A DNA stretch of 61,951 nt, filler included, from Chiloscyllium plagiosum (lineage: Eukaryota): the NCBI RefSeq assembly GCF_004010195.1. It is 5 parts of one record of this genome, joined end to end, with 100 filler letters (N's around TTAATTAATTAA, not from the genome) between each part and the next. Parts side by side here need not be neighbours in the genome. Positions count along the whole stretch, not along the records: positions 49,935 to 58,833 come from NC_057715.1; positions 58,934 to 61,951 come from NC_057715.1; 3 more parts are not named here. One strand, given 5' to 3'. The translations under genes were made by a program, and so were the position numbers. This document shows, piece by piece, positions 49,935 through 61,951 of this stretch (position 1 is its first letter; every line of letters starts with the position of its first letter). A model generated the notes under the pieces. It saw only the letters and a program-made list of their open reading frames with translations. It was not told where the DNA came from and ran no database searches.

Positions 49935-51420
49935 TCTCAGTTATCCCCACAATATCGTATCTGCCAATTTCCAAAAGAGCCTCAAGCTCATCCATCTTAT
50001 TTCTAATACTTTGTGCGTTCATATATAGTATTTTTAATTTGTTACTGCCCTCACCTTTCCTATCAACCCCTATTTCACTCAACCTTACAGCATGATCCCT
50101 TGCTGAGTTTTCTGCCTCATTGATACCGTTGTCTTTCTTGACTTCCCTAGTTCTAACTTTCCCTTCAATTTCCCTCTTAAACATCCAGTTTGTCCCCCCC
50201 CCCACTACTTAGTTTAAACGTAGCTGTGCTGCAGTAGCAAACCTGCCTGCCAGAATGCTGGTCCCTAACCTATTAAGGTGCAAACCGTCTCTCTTGTATA
50301 ATTTATGCTTCCCACGAAATATACCCCAGTGATCCAAGAATTTAAATCCTTGCTTCCTGCACCAGTTCCCCAGCCACGCGTTCAAGTCCATTATCTCCCT
50401 GTTTCTGGCCTCTCCAGCCCGAGGAACTGGAAGCAAACCGGAGATAACCACCTTGGATGTCCTGCTTTTCAGCCTTCTTCCTAGTTTCTCTGAAGTCCCG
50501 CTGTAGTGTGTTCCTCCTCTTCTTCCCGACAGCATTTGTGCCGGCATGTACCACCACGTCTGGCTCTTCACCTTCCCCCTTGAGGATTTCCTGCACTCTG
50601 TCTGCAATGTCCTTAATCCTGCCACCAGGAAGGCAACACACCATCCTCAAATCCCGCCTGTTGCTGCAGAAACCCCTTTCAGTCCCTCTTACTATGGAGT
50701 CCCCTATTACCACGGCTTTGTGTGATGTATGACTCCTCGGCTCTGCCTCCATGCCAACTTTTGATTGACAGACCTGACTGCCTCACGGACTGGCAGTGTC
50801 ATCTGTCTCTACTGTTTCCAAAAGATTCAACTTGTTCCTGACAGGTACTTTCCCCGGGGTCTCTTGCACCTGTCTCCTCTCTGCCTTCCTCATCGTCTGC
50901 TCTCTTCTGCTCTCTTCTGGTATGGTCGGTGTAATAACCTCGCTGAAGGTCTTGTCCAGAAAGATCTTGTTCTCTCGGATGAGCCTAAGATCCTCGAGTT
51001 CTTTCTTCAGTTCTTTCTTCAATGCTCTGTCAGTAGCTGAATATGTACACACTTGCCACAGATATACGAACCAGGCACATCAGAGTCGTTGACCTCCCAC
51101 ATCATGCACATAGCACACTGAACCAGCTTGGCAGTCATGTCTTCACCCTCTTTAACTGTGGCGTAATCACTTCACTCAACCTTCTTGTCAAAGACTCCTG
51201 AGCTAAAGACTCTCTCTTCTCTCAACAGGAACTTCCCTGGACTCTCTTTTTGGGGCAAGTCTGTGGATTTTAAAGTTAGGTTAGAGGAGGAGGCTGGGAG
51301 GAGGCCCTACTTTGTAGGACCTGGGGTCTAGAACACCCACTCAAATAACAATCACTTACCTTCCCGACCAGCTCTGCGCTCCGACTTCACTTCCGCCCAG
51401 CTCCTGCCGCTCTCTGCTGC
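49935..51420 (-). mobile_element. CR1 LINE 5' end: 5' UTR, ORF1 (zinc finger plus SGNH esterase; frameshifted) and start of ORF2 endonuclease
   Basis: ATG 51138 MTAKLVQCAMCMMWE..YICGKC; VVIGDSIVRG, VVVHAGTN, DGLHLNRLG; ORF2 LKILYMNAQSIRNKMDELE..YDIVGITE. Confidence 0.9.
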
Positions 51421-51429
51421 AAAAAAAAA

Positions 51430-52985
51430 GTGCAGGTTGTTACTTAATATTTGTACTCACTGCAGAGAGGAATGATGTCAGTATAGAAATCAGGGAATGG
51501 AACTGTGATATAGTTGAATTAGTTAACATTGAAAGGAAGGAGTCATTCATGGTTTTCACAGACTTGAAGCAGGATAAGGAAAGAGATTTCAGGGACTCTG
51601 ACATTCATTTTCAAATCCTCTCCAGCCATAGGACTGGAAGACAGCAAATGTGGCACCATTATTCAAGGAGGGTAGTAGGGCCAAACCAGGGAATTACAGG
51701 CCAATGAGTCTAACATCTATGGTAGGAAGATGATTGGAAACAATTGTGAGGGACAGAATTCATCTTCAATTGGTGGAGCAAGCATTAATCGAGAATAGTG
51801 AGCTTGGCTTTTTAAAGTGAAGGTCTTATCTAACAAGTTTGATCAAATTTTCTGAAGAGGTGACTCGGTGTTTCGATGAGAGGAGAACACTTAATGTACT
51901 TTGCATAGACTTCAGTCAGGCTTATTCTCCCACAGCAGACTGGATCAAAAGCTAAGACCCTATGGGGTCCTAGGAAATTTGACAAATTGGATCCAAAATT
52001 GGCACAATTGTATCAAGCCAAGTTTGATGGTTGAAGAATGTATTTCTGACTGGGAGTCTGTGTCCTGTGGCATACAATAGGATTCTGTGTTGCAGTCCCC
52101 AGCTCCTGGTTTGGCACATTAATAATCTTGATGACTGTAGGAGTTATGATCAGTAGATGCAGATGGCATGAGAATTGGTGGTGTGATAAGTCATGAGAAG
52201 GAAAGCCCAGACTATAGGACAATATTGATGGGCTGCTCAGATGAGCTGGACAGGTAAATGGAATTTAGTCTTGAAATGCATGAAGTAATACATTCTTGGA
52301 GGACTAACAAAGTAAGGAAAGACACATTGAATTGTAGAACCCCAGGAAGTACAGAGGATCAGCGTGACCTTGGTGTGCATGTCCATAGATGCAAGAAGGA
52401 GAAGTGGGTATGGTAGTCAGGAGGCATGTTGGATACTTGCCTTTATCATACAAGGCATTGAGTACAAGAGCAAGGATATTATAATGGAGTGGTGGGGCCA
52501 CATCTGGAGTACTGTTGCTGTACTTCAGGACAGATATGGAGAGAGTGCAGAAGAAATTCACCAGGATGTTGCCTGGGTTGCAGCAATTCAGGTTAGGGCA
52601 ATTTTCCTTCCAGCACAGAAAGCTGAACGTGGAGTGGTCCGATTGAAGTGGACAACGTTCTGTGGGGCATATACCAGAAGAAATGTTTCCCTTTAGTAGA
52701 GGGGTCATTAATCAAGAGACACAGTTTTAAGGGAAGGAAAAAGAGGTTTAGAGGCCATTTCAGAAAGCTTTTTCTTCACCTAGAAGGTTGTGGGTATCTG
52801 GAACTCACTGCTTGAAATAGTAGGAACCTTGTGAACCAAGATACCTAGGAGCTGTTTGGATGAATATTTGAAACACTAAGGCTGTGGGCCAAATGCTAGT
52901 AAATAGGATCAGAATCATTGGATGTTTGAAAACCAATGCAAGCACAATGGGTCAAGAGGCCTTTTGCTATTCTGGACTATGTGAT
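51430..52985 (+). mobile_element. Old, heavily decayed CR1 ORF2
   Basis: gactggaagacagcaaatgtg, ccagggaattacaggcca, gacttcagtcaggct, cattgagtacaagagc remnants; probable 5' continuation at ~48790-48975. Confidence 0.7.
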
Positions 52986-53074
52986 ACAGCCCTCAATCCA
53001 TCTTCTATGTTAATTCCACCTCAGGTCAATCCTTGTTTAAGATCTTCCTTTTTTTGAATTGAGCTCTCCCTACC

Positions 53075-53470
53075 AGGGCTGGTGAGGTCTGGTTTGGGCT
53101 GGTGAGGTCTGGTTTGGGCTGGTGAGGTCTAGTTAGGGCTGGTGAGGTCTAGTTAGGGCAGGCGAGGTCTGGTTAGGGCTGGCGAGGTCTAGTTAGAGCT
53201 GGTGAGGTCTGGTTAGGGCTGGTGATGTCTAGTTAGGGCTGGTGAGGTCTGGTTAGGGCTGGTGAGGTCTGGTTAGGGCTGGCGAGGTCTGGTTAGGGCT
53301 GGTGAGGTCTGGTTAGGGGTGGCAAGGTCTGGTTAGGGCTGGCGAGGTCTGGTTAGGGCTGGTGAGGTCTGGTTAGGGGTGGCGAGGACTGGATAGGGCT
53401 GGCGAGGTCTGGTTAGGGCTGGTGAGGTCTGGTTAGGGGTGGTGAGGACTGGTTAGGGCTGGCGGGGTCT
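53075..53470. repeat. 20-bp minisatellite containing TTAGGG (~20 units)
   Basis: Consensus GGTGAGGTCTGGTTAGGGCT with variant units. Confidence 0.95.
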
Positions 53471-54143
53471 GCTGGAAACAGTCTTGCTCATTACCTCCAT
53501 TAAGCTAGTCAGCTTGTTGAAACTTCACCCTTAACACTGCAACCAAATGACAAGATGGCAGTCTGTGTGTCAACGAGAATTTCCATAAGATGATGAACGT
53601 GGACAGACTTTCGCCCTAAAATTATAAGTGTTTGTGTATATAAATAAATGGCTTTTATCTGAAGCTGAGAAGTTGGTGAAAAGACTTTTTACAGGACTGT
53701 GACACTTTTCCACCCAGCCCTCAGCTATTTCGACTTGGACTATCCCAATGTTAGTGATCTAAAGACCCAATTGTCTACAGAGTGGCAATCATCATCGGTG
53801 GGCGCTCTACTTGAACATTTGTCCACCCTGACATTGCCCCACATTTGTTGCGTCTCCAGAAAGGCAGAATGTAAGATCCATTGATGAGCTTCACTGCAGT
53901 TCTGTAGCATCAGAGAGAAGACAAGACCTTATCTTTTTACAGAGCTAGCTGCCTTACATTAGTGAATGGATGAATGGTTGTGAACATGTGAATGTGTGCA
54001 TGGATGGTTGACTGAGTGAGTAGGTGGACAAAGTAAATAGGTCCAGTTGGTGACGTAAGTGAGCAAGTGAGGGGTAGGGTAACAAGTGGTGAGATGGTAG
54101 GTGCGTAGAGTGGCAGGTAGTGATATGGGGAGGGGAGTGAGAA

Positions 54144-54264
54144 GAAGGGCTCATGCCTGAAATGTCGATTCTCCTGCTCCTTGGATGCTGCCTGACCTGC
54201 TGCGCTTTTCCAGCAACACATTTTCAGCTCTGATCTCCAGCATCTGCAGTCCTCACTTTCTCCC
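54144..54264 (+). mobile_element. 5'-truncated PLE-derived insertion with 13-bp TSD
   Basis: TSD aggggagtgagaa 54131-54143 and 54265-54277; element begins within the hammerhead core region. Confidence 0.85.
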
Positions 54265-55395
54265 AGGGGAGTGAGAAAGGTGAGTGAAAAGGTATATGCG
54301 GTGATTGTTGAGTCAGGTGGAAGGGGTAGCTGGGGCTGGACTAGTCCGGCTAGGTCGGAGGGATAATTGGGTGGTGGAAGTAAGTTCGGCAGGTCTGAAG
54401 GTTGGTCATGAGAGAAGCTGTCAGGTCAGGTTGGGGAGTTGGGACTCAGAAGGATAGTTAAGAGACAGTGAGTTGGTTAGGGAGTTTCAGGTGTGTTTTG
54501 GGTGTACATTGTGAATGACTGGGGCATCAGTTCTGTAATACCCAGAAATTAGATAAGATGTTAAACTGTCTAACATTTCCTGAGTGACTAATCACAGCCT
54601 GACTGTCCAAAGTTTGACTCCATGTAACATTTGGAGATCCCAGGGCTGACAGTGACAAATCATAAAGGGGTCCAACTTCCTTTAAAAGTGTAAATTCCTT
54701 TGTTGCAGCATCAGGAAATCTTCTGTCAGGAAGTCTTCCCAAACAACATCTTGCATCACATTTCTGATTCTTGAGAAGAGATTGCTGGGGCAGTAATTGG
54801 CTTTTCTAAGTTTGGTGATTACTTTTAGTAGCCAGAAGATATTGGGAAATCTTTCCACATTGTTGGGTAAATGCTAGTGATGTACATTGGCTAACAATTA
54901 CACAAATACTAGGTGGCGGAAGTGTGCAAAGCGTCGTCATGTTAACAACCCACGTATACTGTAGTCAAGGGTGGTTGGCCATAACAATGTTTTGTCAGGA
55001 CTAGCAATCTATCCACCCATGGTAACACTCTGTTGACCTGAGTTTGATTCCTAACTCAGCACATAGAGGAAGTTGAATTCATTTAATAAAAATCTGGAAT
55101 TTAAAAAAAATATTGTTTTGATTGGTTGATGATCAGATGGACCCATTTGCTCCATTAATTTCTTTAAGGGAAGGAAGATCTGCTGTGTTCACCTGTTTTG
55201 GACTCCACATCTGCTGTAGCTTGGATAAGTCTGAAGTGCCCTGTAAAATGGTCACACAAGTCATTCAGTTGTATCAAAATGTTACAAACTCTAAAAAAAG
55301 GAATGAAACACGCTAGACCATCCAGTATCAATAAAGATATAACAAACAATGATGGCACACATAGCTTTGTCAGTTATACAAAATCATCCAGACAT

Positions 55396-55678
55396 TGGGC
55401 AGTATGGTGGCTCAGTGGTTAGCACTGCTACCTCACAGTGCCAGGGACCTGGGTTTGAATCCTGGCTTGGGTGGCTGTGCAGAGTTTACATATTCTCCCC
55501 ATATCTGCATGAACCTCTTCCCACAATCCAAAGATGTACAGGTCAGATGAATTGGTCATGCTAAAACTGCCCATAGTGTTAAAAGCATTAGTCAGTGGTA
55601 AATATTGGGTAGGGGAATGTGGGTCAGTGTGGACCTGTTGGGCCAAATGGCCTGTTTCCATACTGTAAGAAATCTAAC
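55396..55678 (+). mobile_element. HE1-like SINE
   Basis: gtggctcagtggttagc...gggtttgaatcc head plus core. Confidence 0.8.
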
Positions 55679-55984
55679 ATCTTAGAATTTGTGCCAAAAT
55701 TGGGAAAATGATCCCACAGACTAGTCAAGAAACAACCAAAGATTCGTAGGCCTCTGTGAAAAACATTTTTTTTTCATTACAGTGACTTCCCCCTTATTTC
55801 AAAATGGAATTGTCTCATTCTAGACTTATATCTTACTGCACGTACGCTGTCTATTTTGTACATTTTGAAACTCTAGAGATTACAGGCCCAATTCCATTAG
55901 GGTCTCTTCATAGAACATTCCCATACATCCAGGTACCATCTGCATACTGCAACTCAATGATCAAAGTTAGGATAGGCTTGGCTC

Positions 55985-56896
55985 TGTCAGAAACGATTCC
56001 TAATAAAGAGCTTATGCTTGAAACGTCGACTCTCCTGCTCCTCAGATGCTTTCTGTCTAGCTGTGCTTTTCTAGCACCACTTTCTGACTCTGATCTCCAG
56101 CATTGGCAGTTCTCATTTTCTCCCAGGTCTTGGCTCTGGCCTGGAGGCATCAAAGGTTGAACAGTTTCCCCCTCACCCTGGAGGTTAGCTTCACTCTGGT
56201 GGGGAGCTTTGTGGAGATGCTGTGGAGTTTTGTAATGATGATGTTGGAGAAGAGCATTAGCGTGATGGTGCAGTTCTGCACTTGTATTAGGTTGAAGATC
56301 TCAACCCCCGGGACGAGTCTCTCGGTTCCATGATCGGTCAAATAAACAATAGGAATACGGTCTGCTTCAGCAAGGTTTCACACTTTAATGATTAATGTCC
56401 GGACACAGGTTCGGCCAGCAACACAGAGGTTAAAAGCTTCTATGCTCTCCTCGGAGAAACTGGACAGTTCACTTGGAATAAAGGCTATTTTTTATATGTT
56501 TCTTAAGAAATAGTACAGCCTTAATTGCAGAGTAAATCCAATAAAGTGTAATAAGATGACAAAATGGCAGATTAACCCAATGATATTTCCTGGGAAACAA
56601 AGTTGATTTTCTTCACATTATCTCTATGCTCCTGTATTTCAAGGTTAGCTGGGATGGTTAGTAATGTCCTATCTAGCTTAGCTAATTCCATACTGTAAAG
56701 GGTCCATTGTCTGCTTTATCTTTGATTCAGTTAGCTCAGCAAGGCAGGAATGCAGCCTTTAGCAGGGTGCAAAGCCATATTAAACACAGTGTTAATTTGC
56801 AGCCTGAAGCCATTTTATTATGTTATTTCAAATTAGTTGCATTGAGAAGCCATTTTGTCATTAGTAAAAGCATGTATTAAATGGTTGCTCCTGACA
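55985..56896. mobile_element. Possible solo-LTR-like element containing a PLE fragment (~55997-56125)
   Basis: tgtcag...ctgaca termini; no matching TSD. Confidence 0.3.
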
Positions 56897-57597
56897 ACAG
56901 CCCAAATCCAGATTTTAGATCGTCAAGGTCTGTACAGGATCTATCGGTGAGGATCCCAGTTTGCATGCCATCATGAAACAAGTGGATAATGCTGATGATG
57001 AATTTCTACAGGCAGTCCAGGAGGACAGTGCACAATCTGTTACAATCAACTGAGTCGCAGGCCTTGTGAGATCAAAGAGTGCTGTGCATACACGTTGATG
57101 CTGCTCTCTCCACTTTCTTGGATGTTCTTAACATTGTGCATGCTCTTGCTCACTCATTAAATCTGTCCAAGTCCTCTTTGCGTCTTCCTCATAACTCACA
57201 TTCCTCTCCAGCTTTGTCTTATCCACAAAATTCAAGTATACAAACAACTCACCTCAATCATTTCAGCAAATATCCTCAGGCAGCACCTTCCAGAAGGACA
57301 AAGGCAGCAGATCTATGGGAACACTGCCACCTTCAGGTTCCCCTCTGGACCACTCACCAAGCTGACTTGGGAATATGTTGCTGCTCCTTCAGTGTTGTTG
57401 GGTCAAAGTCCTTTAATCTCCTCCTTAAGGGCATTCTTGTTCAGCCCAGAGCACATGAACTGTAACAGCTCACTATCGCCTTCTCAAGGGCAATTAGGGA
57501 CTGGCCAAAGTGACATCCTTACCCACAAGTGAATAACTAAACCTGGAGAATTATTGTATGACAGGAGCCTGAAGACTTGAAAATGCCATTCCGTACA

Positions 57598-58232
57598 CAG
57601 AGGAACATCGATTGTCCGAACGAGATGGGCAGGCACTATTTCGTTCGGATAATTGCTTATTCAGATAATCGATTTTACCTTAAACAAGGGAAGCCATTTG
57701 TTTAAATCTATAATTTTAATGTATTAAGCGCAAGAGGACAAGAATTCACATGATGAACTAAGTAAAGCAATGATAACATAAGAAACCTTTTTAAAAATGC
57801 AGCAGTAGTTAGCATTTGGCAAGGAGTGGTGAAGACAGCATTAAACAAGGTCCCAAACAGCTTCTACAAACACAACAGAATTTCTCAGGTTCCAGGAATG
57901 CAGTCTCCTGATAGAAAGACAGAAACACCGCCTTGCACATGTCTTTACGTTCTTGGCCTTTTTTTTTAATGAACAGCCCGGTTAAGTGACATGAATAGCC
58001 TCTACTGGAAAACACTTACTTTCACAAAGGGCTGTGTTAACAACCCTTACCTAAAAACAATCCAATCATTGATGTCTGAGCTATGTTTGTTTGTTTTTGC
58101 CAGTGATTTAACACCTTTTTCAGTACAGGTAAATAGAACCTCTTTGACATAACGATTTTGGGGAACCTTGAAATCTTCTTTGGATAATCCGAAATTCGGG
58201 TAACCGATATTCGGATAATCGAGGTTCCTCGG
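57598..58232. mobile_element. Tigger/pogo-type non-autonomous DNA transposon
   Basis: TIRs cagaggaacatcgattgtccgaa / ttcggataatcgaggttcctcgg followed by TA; subterminal ggataatc repeats. Confidence 0.7.
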
Positions 58233-58403
58233 TATTGGGTTACTGTGAAAGGTGAGAGAAGATAAGGGCGCGAGCTGGTACATGCAAGCCTGGATGAGTA
58301 TTGTCCCTGACAAACAAGGCTTTCATGAGCTGCTGAATATATTAGTGCAATGAACACTGTCTTATCCATCAAATGAAGAGCCACAGAAGCTTCAAGTTGA
58401 ACC

Positions 58404-58833
58404 AGCGCTCACACCTCACCAACACCCACACCTCACTAACACCCACACCTCACCAACACCCACACCTCACTAACGCTCACACCTCACCAACACCCACACC
58501 TCACTAATGCCCACACCTAATTAACGCTCACACCTCACTAATGTCCACACCTCACTAATGCTCACACCTCACTAACGCTCACACCTCACTAATGCCCACA
58601 CCTCACTAATGCTCACACCTCACTAACGCTCACACCTCACTAACACCCACACCTCACTAATGTCCACACCTCATTAACGCTCACACCTCACTAACGCTCA
58701 CACCTCACTAATGCCCACACCTCACTAATGCTCACACCTCACTAACGCTCACACCTCACTAATGCCCACACCTCACCAACACCCACACCTCACCAACACC
58801 CACACCTCACCAACACCCACACCTCACTAATGC
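58404..58833. repeat. 17-bp minisatellite (~25 units), truncated by the gap
   Basis: CACACCTCAC(T/C)AA(C/T)(G/A)C(T/C) units. Confidence 0.95.
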
Positions 58834-58933
58834 NNNNNNNNNNNNNNNNNNNNNNNNNNNNNNNNNNNNNNNNNNNNTTAATTAATTAANNNNNNNNNNN
58901 NNNNNNNNNNNNNNNNNNNNNNNNNNNNNNNNN
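58834..58933. other. Assembly spacer
   Basis: N44-TTAATTAATTAA-N44. Confidence 0.97.
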
Positions 58934-59655
58934 CATTTGGCAGAATGCCTCATTGCCAGAACTTTCCAACAAGCACCAAGACATGGCTTGGCTGGTGGTG
59001 AGAAGGGCTCTGCCTGTGAGATCCTTTATGCACGCCCGGACTCTCAGCCGCACCGCACGCTGCCCTCGAAGCGGCTGCGGGGGGGACGGGACTGTCACAC
59101 ACCTCCTTCTGGAATGTGCCAATGCAGAAGAAGTCTGGAGAGGAATGCAGTGGTGTTTGTCGAGGTTTGTCCCGAGCAGCGCCGTGACGCGGGACTCCGT
59201 GATCTACGGCCTGTTCCCCGGGACGCACACCGTGACGAACATCAACTGTGCCTGGAGGATCATCAACTCGGTGAAGGACGCTCTCTGGGTGGTCCGAAAC
59301 CTGCTGATCTTCCAGCTGAAGGAGTTGACCCCGACTGAGTGCTGCAGACTGGCACATTCCATGGTCCAGGACTACGTGTTGAGGGACGCGCTGAAGCTTG
59401 GGGCTGCTGCCGCCAAGGCGCGGTGGGAAAGACCACTGTGTACAGTCTGCCTGCCTAACGAAGAACAGGGGGCCCATGCAGTCATTTGGCCTCAGCTAAT
59501 TATATGGGCATATGATTGAAAAATGTACAGACCTGTATAAAAATGATAAATTCTGATCTCTGTATGTACATGTTTACATATGTATGGCATGACCAACTGT
59601 ATAGACCATCAAATTATTTTATGAATAAAGTATATTTTTGAAATATAAAAAAAGA
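58934..59655 (+). mobile_element. Tx1/L1-clade LINE ORF2 C-terminus and 3' UTR
   Basis: zf-RVT-like CPRSGCGGDGTVTHLLLEC..VW, AWRIINSVKDALWVVRN; CpG-rich (young); AATAAA ~59624 and A-rich end. Confidence 0.85.
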
Positions 59656-60070
59656 AATTACATGAGTTATCATCTTTAAACTGCACCACCTGCCTTGCAT
59701 CTTCCTCAATTCTCCACATCCACTTACCAAATAATTTTATCAATACTCAACTTAACAACCATACATTTAGCATGACTCATCACGCTCTCTGTCCTGCATG
59801 CTGAAAACTACTCGATATTCAAGGGGGCACAATCCTGATAGACCGCAAGACACTCACTACACACTCTGCTCTTTCACAGAGTAGACAATGGGAGACGATT
59901 CCAAGCACTAGCACAGACCTGGAGGAGGCTAACAGCATCTGCATGGTGAAGTGGCTGCTGCCCACTTTGCATAAGGGCATCAATGAGCTATGGTCACTAG
60001 TAAGGATACGGGAATTGGGGATGCATCTGTCAGCTGACCAACATCTTTCTGTCATTCCTTCCACCTCACC

Positions 60071-61425
60071 TTGGTTAGGCCACTTTTGGAATACTGTGTG
60101 AAATTCTGGTCTCCTTCCTATTGGAAGGATGTTGTGAAACCTGAAAGGGTTCAGAAATGATTTACAAGGGTGTTGTCAAGGTTGGAAGGTTTGACCTATA
60201 GGGAGGGGCTGAACAGGCTGGGGATGTTTTCCCTGGAATGTCGGAGGCTGAGGGGTCCATTATAGAGGTTCATAAAATCATGAGGGGCATGGATAGAGGA
60301 AAGAGACAATGTCTTTTCTCTGGGGTCGAGGAGTCCAGAACTAGAGGGCATAGGTCTAGGGTGAGAGGAGAAAGATATAAAAGAGACCTAAGGGGCAATG
60401 CAGAGGGTGGTATGTGTATGGAATGAACTGCCAGAGGAAGTGGTGGAGACTGGTATAATTACAGCATTTAAATGGCACCTGGATGGGTATATGAAAAGAA
60501 AGCATTTTGAAGGATACAGGCCGGGTGCTGGCAAATGGGACAATATGAGGTTCGGATATCTGGCCGGCATGGACAGGTTGGACCGAAGGGTCTGTTTCCA
60601 TGCTGTACATCTCTATGACTCCATGATTCTAAATGGTTTAACTTGTTCTGTATACAGCCACAACATAACCTCCAACTCCTGCACTCAGTACTCTGACCAA
60701 TAAAGGAAAGCATACCACACACCACCTTCACTGTCCCATCTACCTGTGACTCCACATTCAAGGAGCTATGAACCTGGACTCCAAAGTCTCTTTGCTCAGC
60801 AACACTCCCTGGGACCTTACCATTAAGTGCATAAGTCCTACTAAGATTTGCTTTCCCAAAATGCAGCACCTCACATTTATCTGAATTAAACTCCACCTGC
60901 CAATCCTTGGTCCATTGGTCCATCTGATCAAGATCGCAATGTAATCTGAGGTAACCTTCTTCACTGTCCAATTTTGATGCCACCTGCAAATTTACTAACA
61001 ATATCTCCTACGTTCACTTCCAAATAATTAATATTAATGACGAAAAGTAGTGGACCCAGCACCGATCCTTGTGGCACTCCACTGGTCACAGGCCTCCAGT
61101 CTAAAAAGCAACCTCCACCACGACCCTCTGTCTTCTACCTTTGAATCAGTTCAGTATCCAAATGGCTAGTTCTCCCTGTATTCCATGAGATCTAACCTTG
61201 CGAACCACTCTCCCATGAGGAACCATGTCAAATGTTTTACTGAAGTCCGTATAGATCACATCCTCCATTGCTTTGCTCGTATCAATCCTCTTTGTTACTT
61301 CTTCAGAAAACTCAATCAAGTTTGTGAGACATAATTCCCCATTCATAAAGCTGTGCTGACTATCCCTAATCAGTCCTTGCCTTTCCAAATACATGTACAT
61401 CCTGTCCCTCAGCCATCTCTCCAAC
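60071..61425. mobile_element. CR1 LINE split by an inversion (3' part + 60071-60627; 5' part - 60645-61425)
   Basis: Minus part ends ..GTTGTGGCTGTATACAGAACA and plus part starts TTGGTTAGGCCAC, which are adjacent in intact copies (cf. 7170-7200). Confidence 0.85.
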
Positions 61426-61794
61426 ACCTTGTCACGGTTATAAAAGCCCATGGCCGCCATATGTCTCCAGATGTCTGTCCCCAGACAGACAATCGATTCC
61501 AGAGCAAATGTTGGCCACACCAGTGACACCCTGGTGCTGCATGAGAATTGAAGGTCAATCTCAGCCTCCAATGTACTGCAGCCACAAACTCACAGGAGGA
61601 ACAAAGCTCAGGACGTTTCACAAAACCAGAATGCTGCAAATGGAAATAACGTCCAAAAGGGCAGCAGAGGCTCGCACCAATTAAAATTAAACCCCAGAGT
61701 GTACCTCTGAAAGAGGAGGTGAGTTTAGACTGCCCCAGGGACTGGCAATGGCAACAGAAGAGAGTGTGAGTCAGCAGAAATAAGGCAGAGGTAA

Positions 61795-61951
61795 AAAGGA
61801 ACTGTAAACCTGCGCCCACACCTCCTCCCTCACCTCCATCCAAGGCCCCAAAGGAGCTTTCCACATCCATCAAAGTTTTACCTGCACATCCACTAATATC
61901 ATCTATTGTATCCGTTGCTCCCGATGCGGTCTCCTCTACATTGGCGAGACT
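61795..61951 (+). mobile_element. Penelope (Neptune-type) GIY-YIG endonuclease fragment
   Basis: TCAHTSSLTSIQGPKGAFHIHQSFTCTSTNIIYCIRCSRCGLLYIGET; runs off the window end. Confidence 0.85.

Noticed and set aside
53075..58833. Tandem arrays as CRISPR-like repeats
   Set aside because: Units are head-to-tail with no unique spacers, no cas genes are present, and the context is vertebrate.

Overview
This is eukaryotic vertebrate DNA, most likely a shark (HE1-type tRNA SINEs, HER1/CR1 LINEs, Penelope-derived repeats). It consists of five contigs joined by 100-bp N44-TTAATTAATTAA-N44 spacers. Most ORFs in the track are fragments of decayed retroelements: CR1, Rex1/Babar, Tx1/L1, Penelope, Gypsy and an ERV. 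Two host features are not in the ORF track. The first is the 5' half of a minus-strand matrix metalloproteinase (MMP) gene: a TATA/AP-1/Runx promoter, a signal-peptide exon, a candidate extra pro-domain exon, a PRCGVTD cysteine-switch exon and a 149-bp catalytic exon, with later exons absent. The second is a CpG-island promoter at ~14.6-15.5 kb carrying a canonical NF-kB site. The most notable accessory signals are (i) several families of short, palindromic, TSD-flanked Penelope-derived insertions with minimal hammerhead-ribozyme cores, and (ii) a deleted ERV with two Gag zinc knuckles, an in-frame UGA-CAA-CCA gag/pro junction and a spuma/class III-like RT start. No CRISPR, rRNA or true tRNA gene is supported. 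All calls were made by eye, repeat boundaries are approximate, and family names are unverified by database search.
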